NCBI GenBank assembly: GCA_028699175.1
Contig: JAQVVC010000001.1
Span: 1 to 53,850 of the forward strand
Origin: Bacilli bacterium
GTDB lineage: Bacteria; Bacillota_I; Bacilli_A; RF39; UBA660
DNA length: 53,850 nt
Direction of reading: 5' to 3'
Positions 9,095 to 19,400 of this stretch are shown here, one piece after another. Numbering within the stretch: position 1 is the stretch's first letter; the number at the start of each line of letters is the position of its first letter. The translations under genes and the position numbers were made by a program. The notes below the pieces were generated by a model, which saw nothing but the letters and a program-made list of their open reading frames with translations, was not told where the DNA came from and searched no databases.

Positions 9095-9868
9095 TTGAGT
9101 AAATATAAAGTAGATATAATAGGAATTGATACTAATAAATTAAAAGTACTAAAAAAAGATGAAATGGATGATTTATTTAAAAAATTTCAAAATGGTGATA
9201 ATAATGCTAAAGAAGAATTAATAAATGGTAATTTAAAACTAGTTCTTAGTATTATTAAAAAATATAATAATGGTAAATATGATATGAATGATTTATTCCA
9301 AATTGGATGTATTGGTTTAATTAAAGCCGTTGATAATTTTTCTCTTAATTATAATGTTATGTTTTCTACCTATGCTGTTCCTCTAATATTAGGAGAAGTA
9401 AAAAGATATATTAGAGATTCAAGTGCGGTAAGAATTAGTCGTAGTATTAGAGATAATGCTTATCAAATATTAAAATATAAAGAAAAATATTTACTTGAAA
9501 ATGGTGTCGAACCAACTTATGATGAGATATGTAATTATTTAGGAATATCCGAATATGAATTATCATCAGCTTTAGAAAGTTTAATTACTCCAATTAGTAT
9601 TTTCAGTCCGATATATAATGATGGAGGAGATACAATATATTTACTTGATCAATTACCTGATAAAAAAGAAAGAATTGATAAAGATGATTCAATTAGTTTA
9701 CAAAGAGCATTAAGTAAAATTAATGATCGAGAATCAAGTGTCCTTTATGCTAGGTATATTTATGGTAAAACCCAAATGGAAATTGCTGATGACCTAGGTG
9801 TTTCACAGGCCCAAGTATCAAGAATCGAAAAAAATGCAATTAAGAATGTCAAGCGTTTAATGAAATAA
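9095..9868 (+). CDS. sigG: sporulation sigma factor SigG
   Basis: NLKLVLSIIKKY, YAVPLILGEVKRYIRD and QMEIADDLGVSQAQVSRIEKNA. I prefer the TTG at 9095 (8 nt after AAGGAG) over the track's TTG at 9077, which precedes the SD. Confidence 0.9.
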   Translation: MSKYKVDIIGIDTNKLKVLKKDEMDDLFKKFQNGDNNAKEELINGNLKLVLSIIKKYNNGKYDMNDLFQIGCIGLIKAVDNFSLNYNVMFSTYAVPLILGEVKRYIRDSSAVRISRSIRDNAYQILKYKEKYLLENGVEPTYDEICNYLGISEYELSSALESLITPISIFSPIYNDGGDTIYLLDQLPDKKERIDKDDSISLQRALSKINDRESSVLYARYIYGKTQMEIADDLGVSQAQVSRIEKNAIKNVKRLMK

Positions 9869-9904
9869 TATATATTAAATTCCATATAATTAATTGGTGG
9901 TAAT

Positions 9905-10135
9905 ATGTTAATGAGTGATCTTCAAAGAAAAGATATAGTTAATATTATAAATGGAGTTAGGTTAGGTAAAATAGTTGATATAGATGTAACTAAAGAAGGT
10001 TATATTAACAGTTTAATAGTTGAACCAGTTAAATTAATGAGAAAAATAAGTTATGGTAATGAAGTAAATATTACCTTTAGTCAAATAGTTACTATTGGAA
10101 GTGATGTAATATTAGTTGATTTATCAATTAAATAA
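9905..10135 (+). CDS. YlmC/YmxH-family PRC-barrel sporulation protein
   Basis: 76 aa. LQRKDIVNIINGVRLGKIVDIDV...GYINSLIV fits the PRC-barrel YlmC/YmxH pattern. Located after sigG, as in many spore formers. Confidence 0.7.
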   Translation: MLMSDLQRKDIVNIINGVRLGKIVDIDVTKEGYINSLIVEPVKLMRKISYGNEVNITFSQIVTIGSDVILVDLSIK

Positions 10136-10185
10136 TTCATCTTTTTTTAATTTCATTTTAATGATAAAATAAGTATGAGGTATTT

Positions 10186-10659
10186 ATGAATAAAAAAATA
10201 TTAATTTATGCAAGTATAATTTTATTTTTAGATCAAATTTCGAAAATATTAGTTGATTTATATTTAAGTATCAATGATTCATTTCCAGTTATTAAAAATT
10301 TTTTTCATATTACCTATATAAATAATTATGGAGCAGCATTTGGAATATTAAATAATAAACTTTGGTTATTAATTATATTTACATTATTAGCTTTTTTTAT
10401 TATATATAGATATATAAATACTTTTAAAATAAATAAAAGAAATGAAATAGCTTTTAGTTTTTTATTAGGTGGAATATTAGGTAACTTAATCGATCGATTA
10501 TTTTTAGGATATATTAGAGATTTTTTAGATTTTAATATTTTCGGATATAATTTTCCGGTCTTTAATTTAGGAGATTCATTTATCTTTTTGGGAGCGATTT
10601 TATTAATAATAGCAATTTATAAAGGAGAAGACAATGCAAATAGTAGTAAATCAAGATAA
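10186..10659 (+). CDS. lspA: lipoprotein signal peptidase II
   Basis: NNYGAAFG, GNLIDRL and IRDFLDF motifs with 4 TM segments. Confidence 0.9.
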   Translation: MNKKILIYASIILFLDQISKILVDLYLSINDSFPVIKNFFHITYINNYGAAFGILNNKLWLLIIFTLLAFFIIYRYINTFKINKRNEIAFSFLLGGILGNLIDRLFLGYIRDFLDFNIFGYNFPVFNLGDSFIFLGAILLIIAIYKGEDNANSSKSR

Positions 10660-11524
10660 AATTAGAATTGATAAATATTTAAGTAATGTTACTGAATATT
10701 CCCGTTCTTTAATTCAAAAAATGATTGACGGAGGATATATATTAGTAAATAATAATAATATTAAAGTCAAGCATTTGCTTCAATATGGAGATATTATAAT
10801 AATAAAAGATGGCTTTATCAAAGAGTCCCATTTAGAACCTGAAAAAATAAAATTAGATATTGTCTATGAAGATCAAGATTTAATTGTAATTAATAAACCT
10901 TCCGGAATGGTAGTTCATCCTGGTAATGGTAATAAAACAGGTACTCTAGTTAATGCATTACTTCATCATACTAATAAATTAAGTAATAAAGAAAGTGACA
11001 TTAGGCCTGGTATTGTTCACCGAATTGATAAAGATACGAGTGGATTATTATTAATTGCAAAAAATGATCATGTTCATGAGTTGTTAGCTACGGAATTTAA
11101 AAATAAAACTATAATCCGGGAATATATTGCCCTTCTAATCGGAGAATTAAAAACTGATACAGCTACAATTGATGCTCCCATAGGAAGAGATGTTCATGAT
11201 CGCATGAAAATGAATGTAACTAATGTTAATGCTAAAAAAGCTGTCACTCATTTAACAGTATTAAATAGATATCAAGGTTATACTTTAGTTAATTTTAAAT
11301 TAGAAACGGGGCGAACTCATCAAATTAGAGTTCATGCTAAATATATAGGTTATCCAGTATATAATGATCCAGTATATACTAAAAATAAGTGTACATCTTT
11401 TGGTCAGTTTTTACATTCTAGTAAATTAGAGTTTATTCATCCTATTACAAAAAAGCATTTAATTTTTGAGTGTTCTTTACCGAAAGAATTCAATGATTTT
11501 TTATTTAATTTAGAAACCAAGTAA
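10634..11524 (+). CDS. rluD: 23S rRNA pseudouridine synthase, RluD family
   Basis: N-terminal S4 domain, catalytic HRIDKDTSGLLLIAK, and GRTHQIRVH. The lspA-rluD pairing is typical. Confidence 0.9.
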   Translation: MQIVVNQDKIRIDKYLSNVTEYSRSLIQKMIDGGYILVNNNNIKVKHLLQYGDIIIIKDGFIKESHLEPEKIKLDIVYEDQDLIVINKPSGMVVHPGNGNKTGTLVNALLHHTNKLSNKESDIRPGIVHRIDKDTSGLLLIAKNDHVHELLATEFKNKTIIREYIALLIGELKTDTATIDAPIGRDVHDRMKMNVTNVNAKKAVTHLTVLNRYQGYTLVNFKLETGRTHQIRVHAKYIGYPVYNDPVYTKNKCTSFGQFLHSSKLEFIHPITKKHLIFECSLPKEFNDFLFNLETK

Positions 11525-11963
11525 AAGTAAATATTATTATATTATAAACAAGCCAAAATAGATAAAATATTATCATATATGATAGTTTATTATTAATTTT
11601 TTTAGTTTCAATAAATAAATATAAAGTACTTATTAATATCGATATTATTGAAATTATAAATAATAATAAATTATTAATTTCATAAAGCATAAAATTATAT
11701 AGCCAGTTGGATAATAAATTTAATATCAAAGCAAATAGATAATTATTATTAATTTTTTCATACTTTATAATAGTAAAGATACTAGTTGTAATAAAAATAA
11801 AAGCAATAACTGAACCTAAATAATAAATTGACACATTTGGAATTAACCAAGTTAAATTTAAAGTATTAAAATAATTAATATCAAGAGGGAAAAATAAAAA
11901 AGGCATAAAGTATAAAAAGAATATTATCGTCATTGAAAAAGCATTTTTTATAATTATCATCAC
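11505..11963 (-). CDS. TspO/MBR-like five-TM membrane protein (divergent)
   Basis: 152 aa, polytopic. FPLDINYFNTLNLTW... and LILNLLSNWLYNF... echo the TspO pattern (FP-D--WY--L-KPSW; LN---N--W) from memory. A weak call. Confidence 0.4.
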   Translation of the reverse strand: MMIIIKNAFSMTIIFFLYFMPFLFFPLDINYFNTLNLTWLIPNVSIYYLGSVIAFIFITTSIFTIIKYEKINNNYLFALILNLLSNWLYNFMLYEINNLLLFIISIISILISTLYLFIETKKINNKLSYMIIFYLFWLVYNIIIFTFTWFLN

Positions 11964-12019
11964 CCTTTACATAACTAAAATTTTGTTATAAAATAATATA
12001 TGCAGAAGGAGAATATAAT

Positions 12020-13141
12020 ATGAGTTTAACTGTTAATAATAGAGATGAAATAATCATGAGATTAGTTCATTATTTTGTTACTGAAGAAAATTATCAACCA
12101 ATAATTGTAAATGGTGTTAAAAATGAAATCTGGCTTGAAAATTTAGAAGCTCCATACCGCATCATTCGTATTAATTCTAATTATATCCATAATAATGATC
12201 AATTAATTTTTGATAATTATAAAGTTAAAAGTATTGCTAAACAAGTAAAGAAAAAAACTTTATCTTTTAAAGTTAATATTTTAAATATTTTATTAGATTT
12301 AAATGAGGATATAAATATTCAAGAAGATAAAAATATCGATACTTTTAATATTAAAACTTTAAAAGATGTTAGAAAAGATAATGGATTATCAAGTCTTTTT
12401 CCAAAATTAAAAACCTTCACTTTAAATAAAGAGAATAATGTTGAATTAATTGTTAATATAACTAATGATATAAATAAAAAAACTGAAAAGAATAATATTA
12501 ATTATGAAAATATTTTTAAACCGAAGAAGATAATAGTTACTAAAGTGTTAATTGTAATAAATATTATGATGTTTATCTTTAGTGTTTTATATCCTAATAT
12601 TTTTAATTTATTTTTTCTTAATTCTGATTTAGTTAAAACAGGTGATTACTGGAGATTATTTACAGCGGCATTCCTACATGCTAATATAATTCATTTATTA
12701 GTAAATATGTATTCTCTATATATTATAGGAACTCAAGTAGAAACCTTTTTAGGGAAAAAGAAATTTTTAATTGTTTATTTTGGGACTGCAATATTAGCTA
12801 GTTTAATGTCTGCAGTTATTACGCAAGGTAATAGTGTTGGGGCATCAGGTGCTTTATTTGGTTTATTAGGATGCTTATTATATTTTGGTTATCATTATCG
12901 AGTATATTTTGGTAGTGTCTTAACAAGTCAAATTATACCAGTTATCGTAATTAACTTATTAATCGGATTTACAGTTCCGATGATCGATAATGCTGCTCAT
13001 ATAGGGGGCCTAATTGGTGGAGTATTTTTAACAATGGCTATTGGGGTAGGTAAGAAAGATGATAAAGCAACAATGATAAATGGGACCATAGTTAGTTTTA
13101 TTTATATGGCATTTTTAGCATATTTATTATTTTTAAATTAA
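12020..13141 (+). CDS. rhomboid family intramembrane serine protease (GluP-like)
   Basis: HLLVNMYSL, catalytic GASGALFGLLG and AHIGGLIGG. About 170-aa cytoplasmic N-terminal extension. Confidence 0.88.
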   Translation: MSLTVNNRDEIIMRLVHYFVTEENYQPIIVNGVKNEIWLENLEAPYRIIRINSNYIHNNDQLIFDNYKVKSIAKQVKKKTLSFKVNILNILLDLNEDINIQEDKNIDTFNIKTLKDVRKDNGLSSLFPKLKTFTLNKENNVELIVNITNDINKKTEKNNINYENIFKPKKIIVTKVLIVINIMMFIFSVLYPNIFNLFFLNSDLVKTGDYWRLFTAAFLHANIIHLLVNMYSLYIIGTQVETFLGKKKFLIVYFGTAILASLMSAVITQGNSVGASGALFGLLGCLLYFGYHYRVYFGSVLTSQIIPVIVINLLIGFTVPMIDNAAHIGGLIGGVFLTMAIGVGKKDDKATMINGTIVSFIYMAFLAYLLFLN

Positions 13142-13168
13142 AAAGCAGTAAAAATATTTACTACTTTT

Positions 13169-13417
13169 TTAATGATTTTTAATGTTTAAACAATCGGGGA
13201 TATAAATAACTTCTTTTTTATCAGTTATTAAATAATTATTGGTTTTAGCTATTATTCTAGCTTTAAAGATTCGATCTTTAGTTTCAATTATAGCATCAAT
13301 TGGTAATTGATTTAAATCTATATTATTAATATTTCTATTAGATAAGCCATAATATGTATACTGAGAGTTTTTGATGTTTTCATCGATTTTATTTTTAAAT
13401 ATTTTGGGTAAATTCAT
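13169..13417 (-). CDS. hypothetical protein
   Basis: 82-aa ORF with SD GGAGGG upstream on the minus strand. No motif recognised. Confidence 0.45.
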   Translation of the reverse strand: MNLPKIFKNKIDENIKNSQYTYYGLSNRNINNIDLNQLPIDAIIETKDRIFKARIIAKTNNYLITDKKEVIYIPDCLNIKNH

Positions 13418-13479
13418 TCTTATCCCTCCACTTATAATATTATATGTATATAAAGCCTAAATGAGATAAAAATAATAAT

Positions 13480-14535
13480 ATGAAAAAAAATATTCCCCTT
13501 TTACTTACACTTATTTTATTAATGTTACTTAGTTTAATTAATAATTATAGTGCTAAATATATATCGCTAGACTATGATAATTATTTTATTAAACAATTAA
13601 TTTGGTATATAGTAGGTTTTTTTATTATTTTTATTATCAATAAAATTAATCTTAATTATCTTTTTAAATATAGTTTTTGGTTATATTTATTTGGTAATTT
13701 ATTATTAATAATTACTTTATTTTGGGGAGTTAATGTTAATGGCAGTAATTCTTGGCTTAGTTTAGGTTTTATTAATTTTCAACCTAGCGAATTAGTTAAA
13801 GTTATTTTAATAATATATTTATATTCATTTAGTAAAAAATATATTTACTTAAGTAACTTAAAATATATTTTGCTTACTTCATTAATAATATTAATACCTA
13901 GCATATTAACTTTCTTAGAGCCTGATACAGGAGCGATATTAATTTATATTATTATTTATATATCATTTCTGATATCGAGAAATTTAAATAGATGGTGGTA
14001 TATATTAGGTATTATTTTAATTGTTTTAGTAATTGGTTCGTTTTTAGTATTATATTATTTTTTTCAAGATACTTTTATAAATATATTTGGAACTACATTT
14101 TTCTATCGAATGGATCGCATAACTGATTTTATTAATGGGGAGGGTTATCAAATAAATAAAGCTTTAATTGCTATAGGATCAGCAGGTTTATTTGGTAGAG
14201 GAATTAGAAATATCCCTGAATATTTTCCTGAAGCCCCAACTGATTTTGCTTTTACTTTACTTATTAATAATATAGGATTAATAGGAGCGGTTATCTTTTT
14301 AATAGTATATTTTTATTTTATATATTTAATTATTAATAAATATTATTTAAATAAAAAATTAATCTTACCAATTATATTGCTATTAATGATTCAATTTTCA
14401 ATTAATGTATTAATGAATATTGGATTATTACCTATTATCGGAATAACCTTACCTTTTATTAGTTATGGAGGAAGTAGTTTAATCTCTTATATGATACTTA
14501 TTGGATTAGTTATCAATGTAAAAAGTATCAAATGA
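13480..14535 (+). CDS. SEDS family glycosyltransferase (RodA/FtsW/SpoVE family)
   Basis: Polytopic. FQPSELVKV, PEAPTDFAF and LPFISYGGSS are SEDS hallmarks. Confidence 0.88.
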   Translation: MKKNIPLLLTLILLMLLSLINNYSAKYISLDYDNYFIKQLIWYIVGFFIIFIINKINLNYLFKYSFWLYLFGNLLLIITLFWGVNVNGSNSWLSLGFINFQPSELVKVILIIYLYSFSKKYIYLSNLKYILLTSLIILIPSILTFLEPDTGAILIYIIIYISFLISRNLNRWWYILGIILIVLVIGSFLVLYYFFQDTFINIFGTTFFYRMDRITDFINGEGYQINKALIAIGSAGLFGRGIRNIPEYFPEAPTDFAFTLLINNIGLIGAVIFLIVYFYFIYLIINKYYLNKKLILPIILLLMIQFSINVLMNIGLLPIIGITLPFISYGGSSLISYMILIGLVINVKSIK

Positions 14536-14541
14536 TACTTA

Positions 14542-14748
14542 TTAACGATAATAATAAGGGTTATAATTATAACCACCATAATAACTATATCCATAAGGAT
14601 AATAAGGTGGATAATATACTGGAGGATTAACATAAACAGGTCTTGGTCGAGCAGCTGAAGCAATAGCAGCTCCTCCTAAACCACCTAAAAGAAAAGGTAC
14701 TAGAAAATATCTATCTCCAATATTATGGGGAATATTTGTATAATACAT
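14542..14748 (-). CDS. 68-aa Tyr/Pro-rich small protein with central Gly-rich hydrophobic segment
   Basis: ATG at 14748 sits 8 nt after AAAGGAG. MYYTNIPHNIGDRYFLVPFLLGGLGGAAIASAARPRPVYVNPPVYYPPYYPYGYSYYGGYNYNPYYYR. The track's longer 110-aa version overlaps the upstream gene and has no SD. Confidence 0.6.
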   Translation of the reverse strand: MYYTNIPHNIGDRYFLVPFLLGGLGGAAIASAARPRPVYVNPPVYYPPYYPYGYSYYGGYNYNPYYYR

Positions 14749-14794
14749 AATAAAAGCTCCTTTCATTTTATTATATGAAAAGAGCTTGTTTGTG

Positions 14795-15628
14795 TTAGTT
14801 ATTATATAAACGATAAAAATTAAAGGAAGGGCAGTTAAATAATCTAATTGGATATTTGCTAGTACCAAGACCACTTGAAATATATAGATCAGTATTATTT
14901 AATTGATATTTTTCATCATAATAGGTTTTAGCTCCATCAGGAGTGTATATAGCTCCGACAAAAGGAATTCTAATTTGACCATTATGAGAATGACCTGCTA
15001 ATACTAAATCAATATCTAGTTTAATATCTAGTATTGTATCGGGTTCATGAGTAAGTAAAATAGTATAATAATCTTTATTATAATTTGTAAAAGCTTTTGA
15101 AATATCTAATTTATTTTCGAGTTTACTTTCTACTCCAATAATATTTATTGGAGTATTATCTTGATAATAAAAAGTAACTAATTCATTTTTTAAGACTTTA
15201 AAAGAAGTATTATCAATTATTTTATCAAAAGTTTCACTATAATCATGATTACCTTTAATTAAGTAGTAAGAAATATTAGCTTTCATTTTATTAAATTCTT
15301 TTAAAAAATTATCTATTTCATTATTTTTCATATTATGATGTTTATCAATTAAATCCCCAGTAAATAGTATTACATCAGGATTTAATAAATTAATTTCTTT
15401 AACAATTTTCTTTAAATCATTTAATTTTATAGATGTTCCATAATGTAAGTCGGAAAAATGCACTATTTTTAAACCTTGATGGTTAATATTTATTTTATTA
15501 TTTATAATTGCATATTCTTTGACATTTAAACTTTTAATTGAAGTGCTGTATAAAATAGTGACTACTAATAATATAATTATTAAATAAAATATTTTTCTGA
15601 TTGTTCCTTTTTTTTCTTTTTTTTTCAC
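14795..15628 (-). CDS. membrane-anchored metallophosphoesterase (YkuE/calcineurin-like)
   Basis: N-terminal TM, then HFSDLHYG, TGDLID, GNHD and AGHSHNGQ. Confidence 0.85.
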   Translation of the reverse strand: MKKKEKKGTIRKIFYLIIILLVVTILYSTSIKSLNVKEYAIINNKININHQGLKIVHFSDLHYGTSIKLNDLKKIVKEINLLNPDVILFTGDLIDKHHNMKNNEIDNFLKEFNKMKANISYYLIKGNHDYSETFDKIIDNTSFKVLKNELVTFYYQDNTPINIIGVESKLENKLDISKAFTNYNKDYYTILLTHEPDTILDIKLDIDLVLAGHSHNGQIRIPFVGAIYTPDGAKTYYDEKYQLNNTDLYISSGLGTSKYPIRLFNCPSFNFYRLYNN

Positions 15629-15730
15629 AATAGTCTCCTTATCAATTATTTTAACATATTTTTTCAGAATATAGTTTTAAAAAAAAAAAGATTATGATAT
15701 ACTAGATATAATAATTAAGGAGTGTAAGTT

Positions 15731-16462
15731 ATGATTAAGATATATAAAATGGTATTTTTCATAGTAATTACTTTATTTATAAGCAATATAGAAGCGTTTT
15801 CAATAAGCACTACGTGTACTTATGAAGAGAAAGCCAATTTAAATGATATAGCAGGAAAAATCACTGCTAATTATAAAATTGATGAAATAAAAGAAAAATA
15901 TGAATTTACCAATCCTGATACGGGTGAAAAATCGATGGAAGAGCAAATAAATATTCAGTTTAATGTAAGTATTTATAATATATTAGATGATGTTTATATT
16001 GTTCAAACTAATGATTTTGATAGTGAAGAAGTAAGTATCTATTATGATGAAGCAACTAAAGGTGTATATACGTTTAAAACCGATAATACTTCTGATATCA
16101 TAAAATACACTTATAATATTTATTCGAACTTAGAAGGATGTCGAGGAGAAATATTAAAAACTTTTATTTTTACAAAACCAAAAATTAATATGTATTCTCA
16201 ATATGGAATATGCAAAGGTTTAGAAGATACTGATTTTTGTCAAAAGTATATAACAGAGGAATTAAATCTTACTGAAAGTCAACTTTATGAAAAAGTTAAA
16301 GCATTGCAAAAAACAACTGTAAAAGATAAAAAAGATAAGAATAATAAAGAGGGTATATCAGATTTTATAATTGATAATTATATTTATTTTATAATTGGTA
16401 CTGTTGTAATAGGTGGTACAGTTGTAGGATACATAATTGTTAGAAAAAGGAGTGCCCTATGA
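15731..16462 (+). CDS. secreted protein with C-terminal membrane anchor (first gene of the Tad-like operon)
   Basis: N-terminal signal-like helix and C-terminal TM (YFIIGTVVIGGTVVGYIIV) followed by RKRS. SD AAGGAG upstream. Stop overlaps the next start (ATGA). Confidence 0.6.
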   Translation: MIKIYKMVFFIVITLFISNIEAFSISTTCTYEEKANLNDIAGKITANYKIDEIKEKYEFTNPDTGEKSMEEQINIQFNVSIYNILDDVYIVQTNDFDSEEVSIYYDEATKGVYTFKTDNTSDIIKYTYNIYSNLEGCRGEILKTFIFTKPKINMYSQYGICKGLEDTDFCQKYITEELNLTESQLYEKVKALQKTTVKDKKDKNNKEGISDFIIDNYIYFIIGTVVIGGTVVGYIIVRKRSAL

Positions 16463-19400
16463 GACAATTAAAATATGGGATATTTTTATTAATAAGTTTA
16501 TTATTTATTACTGTAGAAGTGAATGCTAATACGGGAATATGTACAGGAAAAGACATGGATCCTTATGGCTATTGTAATATTACACCTGTTAAAATAGATG
16601 GTTCGGCAATTCCAGAACAACTAATTAAATTTACTGATGGTACATCAGCTATTATTAATAGTTATTCAGGTTTTGTAATTGATAGAAATCAAATGATGTT
16701 TTGCATCGATGCTAATCATAATGCTCCTGGAGATCAATTATATGGGCTTGCTAGGCCATTTGATGTAACAAGCTCAGCTTATGACCGCTCAATAGCTAAA
16801 GTTTATGGAGCTTATATTAATGAAGTAATATGGTTAATGAATCAAGGCAATTCTAAAGAGGCTGCTTATAATCGTTATTTACAAATGATAAATGTTGTAA
16901 TGAGAGCAATTACAATTAAATATGATTATTATATGCAAGGAGGATCCTCACAATTTTTTATTAATAATTTATTAGCATATGAAAATGTTGTTAAACAATT
17001 AGAGGGGTCAAAACCTACTGGTAAGAAATTACAAGAAGATGCTACTTATTACCCGATTCTTAAAAAATGGTATACAGAAGCAATGAGTGGTGCTCAGCCA
17101 GTTCAAATTAAACTTGATTTTAATTCAAAAAATGAAGATATTACTACTGAATATATTGGTAATAATTTTACTCAAACAATACCAGTAACAGTAAAAGGAC
17201 TAGGTGAGTTTACTAATCCTAAATATTCAGTTACCAATCCTAGTTTTAAAATTAAATCAGTAAAATGTGAAAATGAAAAATTAAATTGTAGTTTAGAAAA
17301 TACAACTCCTGTTAATACCAATTTATTATCAGGAATAACTGGGGATAAATTTGAATTTAAAGTTATTGTAAAAGGTGATAAAACCAACTTTTTAGATGAA
17401 TCTTCAACAAAAGTTATTATTGAATACGAAAAATATCATATTTTAGATATTGATAATTTAGCAGTTTTAAGATATTCAAATACCGAGCAACAAAGACAAA
17501 GAATGATAGCATTAATGCCTGATACTCCTCAAACTGCATCAGTAAAAATAAATATATCTATGCCATCTATGTGTGAAGCAGAAGTTACTGGCGGAGTTCA
17601 AAAATATTTATATGGTGGTACACCAATGAGTGAACTTAATTATTTAAAAACAGGATGCTGCAATGTTGATTATGATTACTTGAAAAATGAGGAAGCAAAA
17701 GAATATTATTTAGACAATTGCTCTACGGGAGATATAATTCATTTAGTAAATGTATGCAATAATGAAACTAATGAAATGTCTCACTCTTATGTATACCAAA
17801 AAGAAATTAATAAAATAATGGATCAGGTTAATGGAGCAGAAGATATGTATATTAAGGGTTCTTATTCTCTTGGTACATTAAAAAACACCTTAAGTAATTA
17901 TGATAACAATATCGACCGTGTCTATTCTGAAGATGGTATATCTCCAAGAAATGATTATTGTAAAATGTATACTAGCGAAAAACAAGATATCTATTATCCT
18001 GGAACGGCTGAATCAACTGGTGGACAATTTTTTGTATTTCGTGAGATAGGTACAAACAAATTTTTACAACCTAAAGTAAATGGTGAAATTTATGCTAATT
18101 TTCATACTGATGTTAATAGATGGTTAGATGATTATAAAAAAGCAATAGAAAAAGAAAAAGAAGCTTATACTAGTTGGCAAGAAGCTGCTGCTTTAGAAAA
18201 TGCAATAGGTAAATTAACTAGTTGTTATTCTTCTGGCGATTGTGGTTGTTGCAGCGATAAATGTACAGGAAGTTGTAAAACAAGATATAGCGGATCAAAT
18301 ACAGCATATGCCGATGCTGGCACTTATTTTAAAGCAGATGGCACTGATTTAAAAACTGTTAGAGCTCGACAATCATGTGGTTGTGGATCTAGTTCTAGAA
18401 CATCAAAACCATCACCTTCAGCTTCTCAAAGAAGAAACACTTATAATAAAGCTAAGGCGGATAGAATTAAATTAGAAGATTTTAAGGAAGAATGTGAAGC
18501 GAAAACCAATATTAAAGATGATTGGAAATATCAATTATCTCCTGAATTAACTTTTTATTACAAACAGAGAATAAATGCAGAAAGTGAAGATGCCCCAAAT
18601 CCCGCAGAATTACTAACTGAAAGTGTACCGATGGAAATTTCTAAAGAAAAGGTTAAATATTGGGAAGGAATAAGTCAAAATCCGATTGAAAAATCATATT
18701 TTGGAAAACCAGAAAAAATTATAATTGATGAAACATATGGAGATGCAAAAGGTGATCGAATAATCGAGTTTCCTTATGATAAAACTAAAGATTATCAAAT
18801 TGGTTATACTCAAGAATTATTTTATAAACCCTCTGTATATTATTATAGTTTAGTGCCTTCAGGTAAATATATTAAATCACAAGAGAAAAAAGAAGGGAAA
18901 AGCGTCTTAGATGTTGGATATGTATTTAATATTGACATAACAAATTATGAAGGTTTTTATGAAACATGGTTTGAAATAGAAAATATTGGTCATTTAATGA
19001 AAGATCCAGAAGATAAACCAAAATTAAAATCAAATATTCAAAAATCTGTTGATGACTACATTGACGATAATAAAGATAAATATTTAGATCATGAAGATAA
19101 AGTTAATACACAATTATTTGCAAGTAAATGCTTTTATCATAATAAAGAAGTATTATATAAAAGAGATTGTTTAGATTGTACTGATCCTAGTTTTGAAGCT
19201 CAATTCTTTTATCGTACTATTTCACTAAATAATGTTAATCCTAATGATCGTGTTAATACTAATTGGACGTCGACTAAAGGTGACCTAGCTAAAAAATCTG
19301 TTCAATCATTAGGTGATCAAATTTATAATGATAATACTAGAGAATATTTAGAATATTCATTTATATTAGACCCTAATGATATGAAAGATATAAAAGATTA

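Noticed and set aside
14749-14874. Longer 110-aa version of the Tyr/Pro-rich ORF
   Set aside because: The extension overlaps the 3' end of the metallophosphoesterase gene and has no SD. The internal ATG at 14748 has AAAGGAG at ideal spacing.
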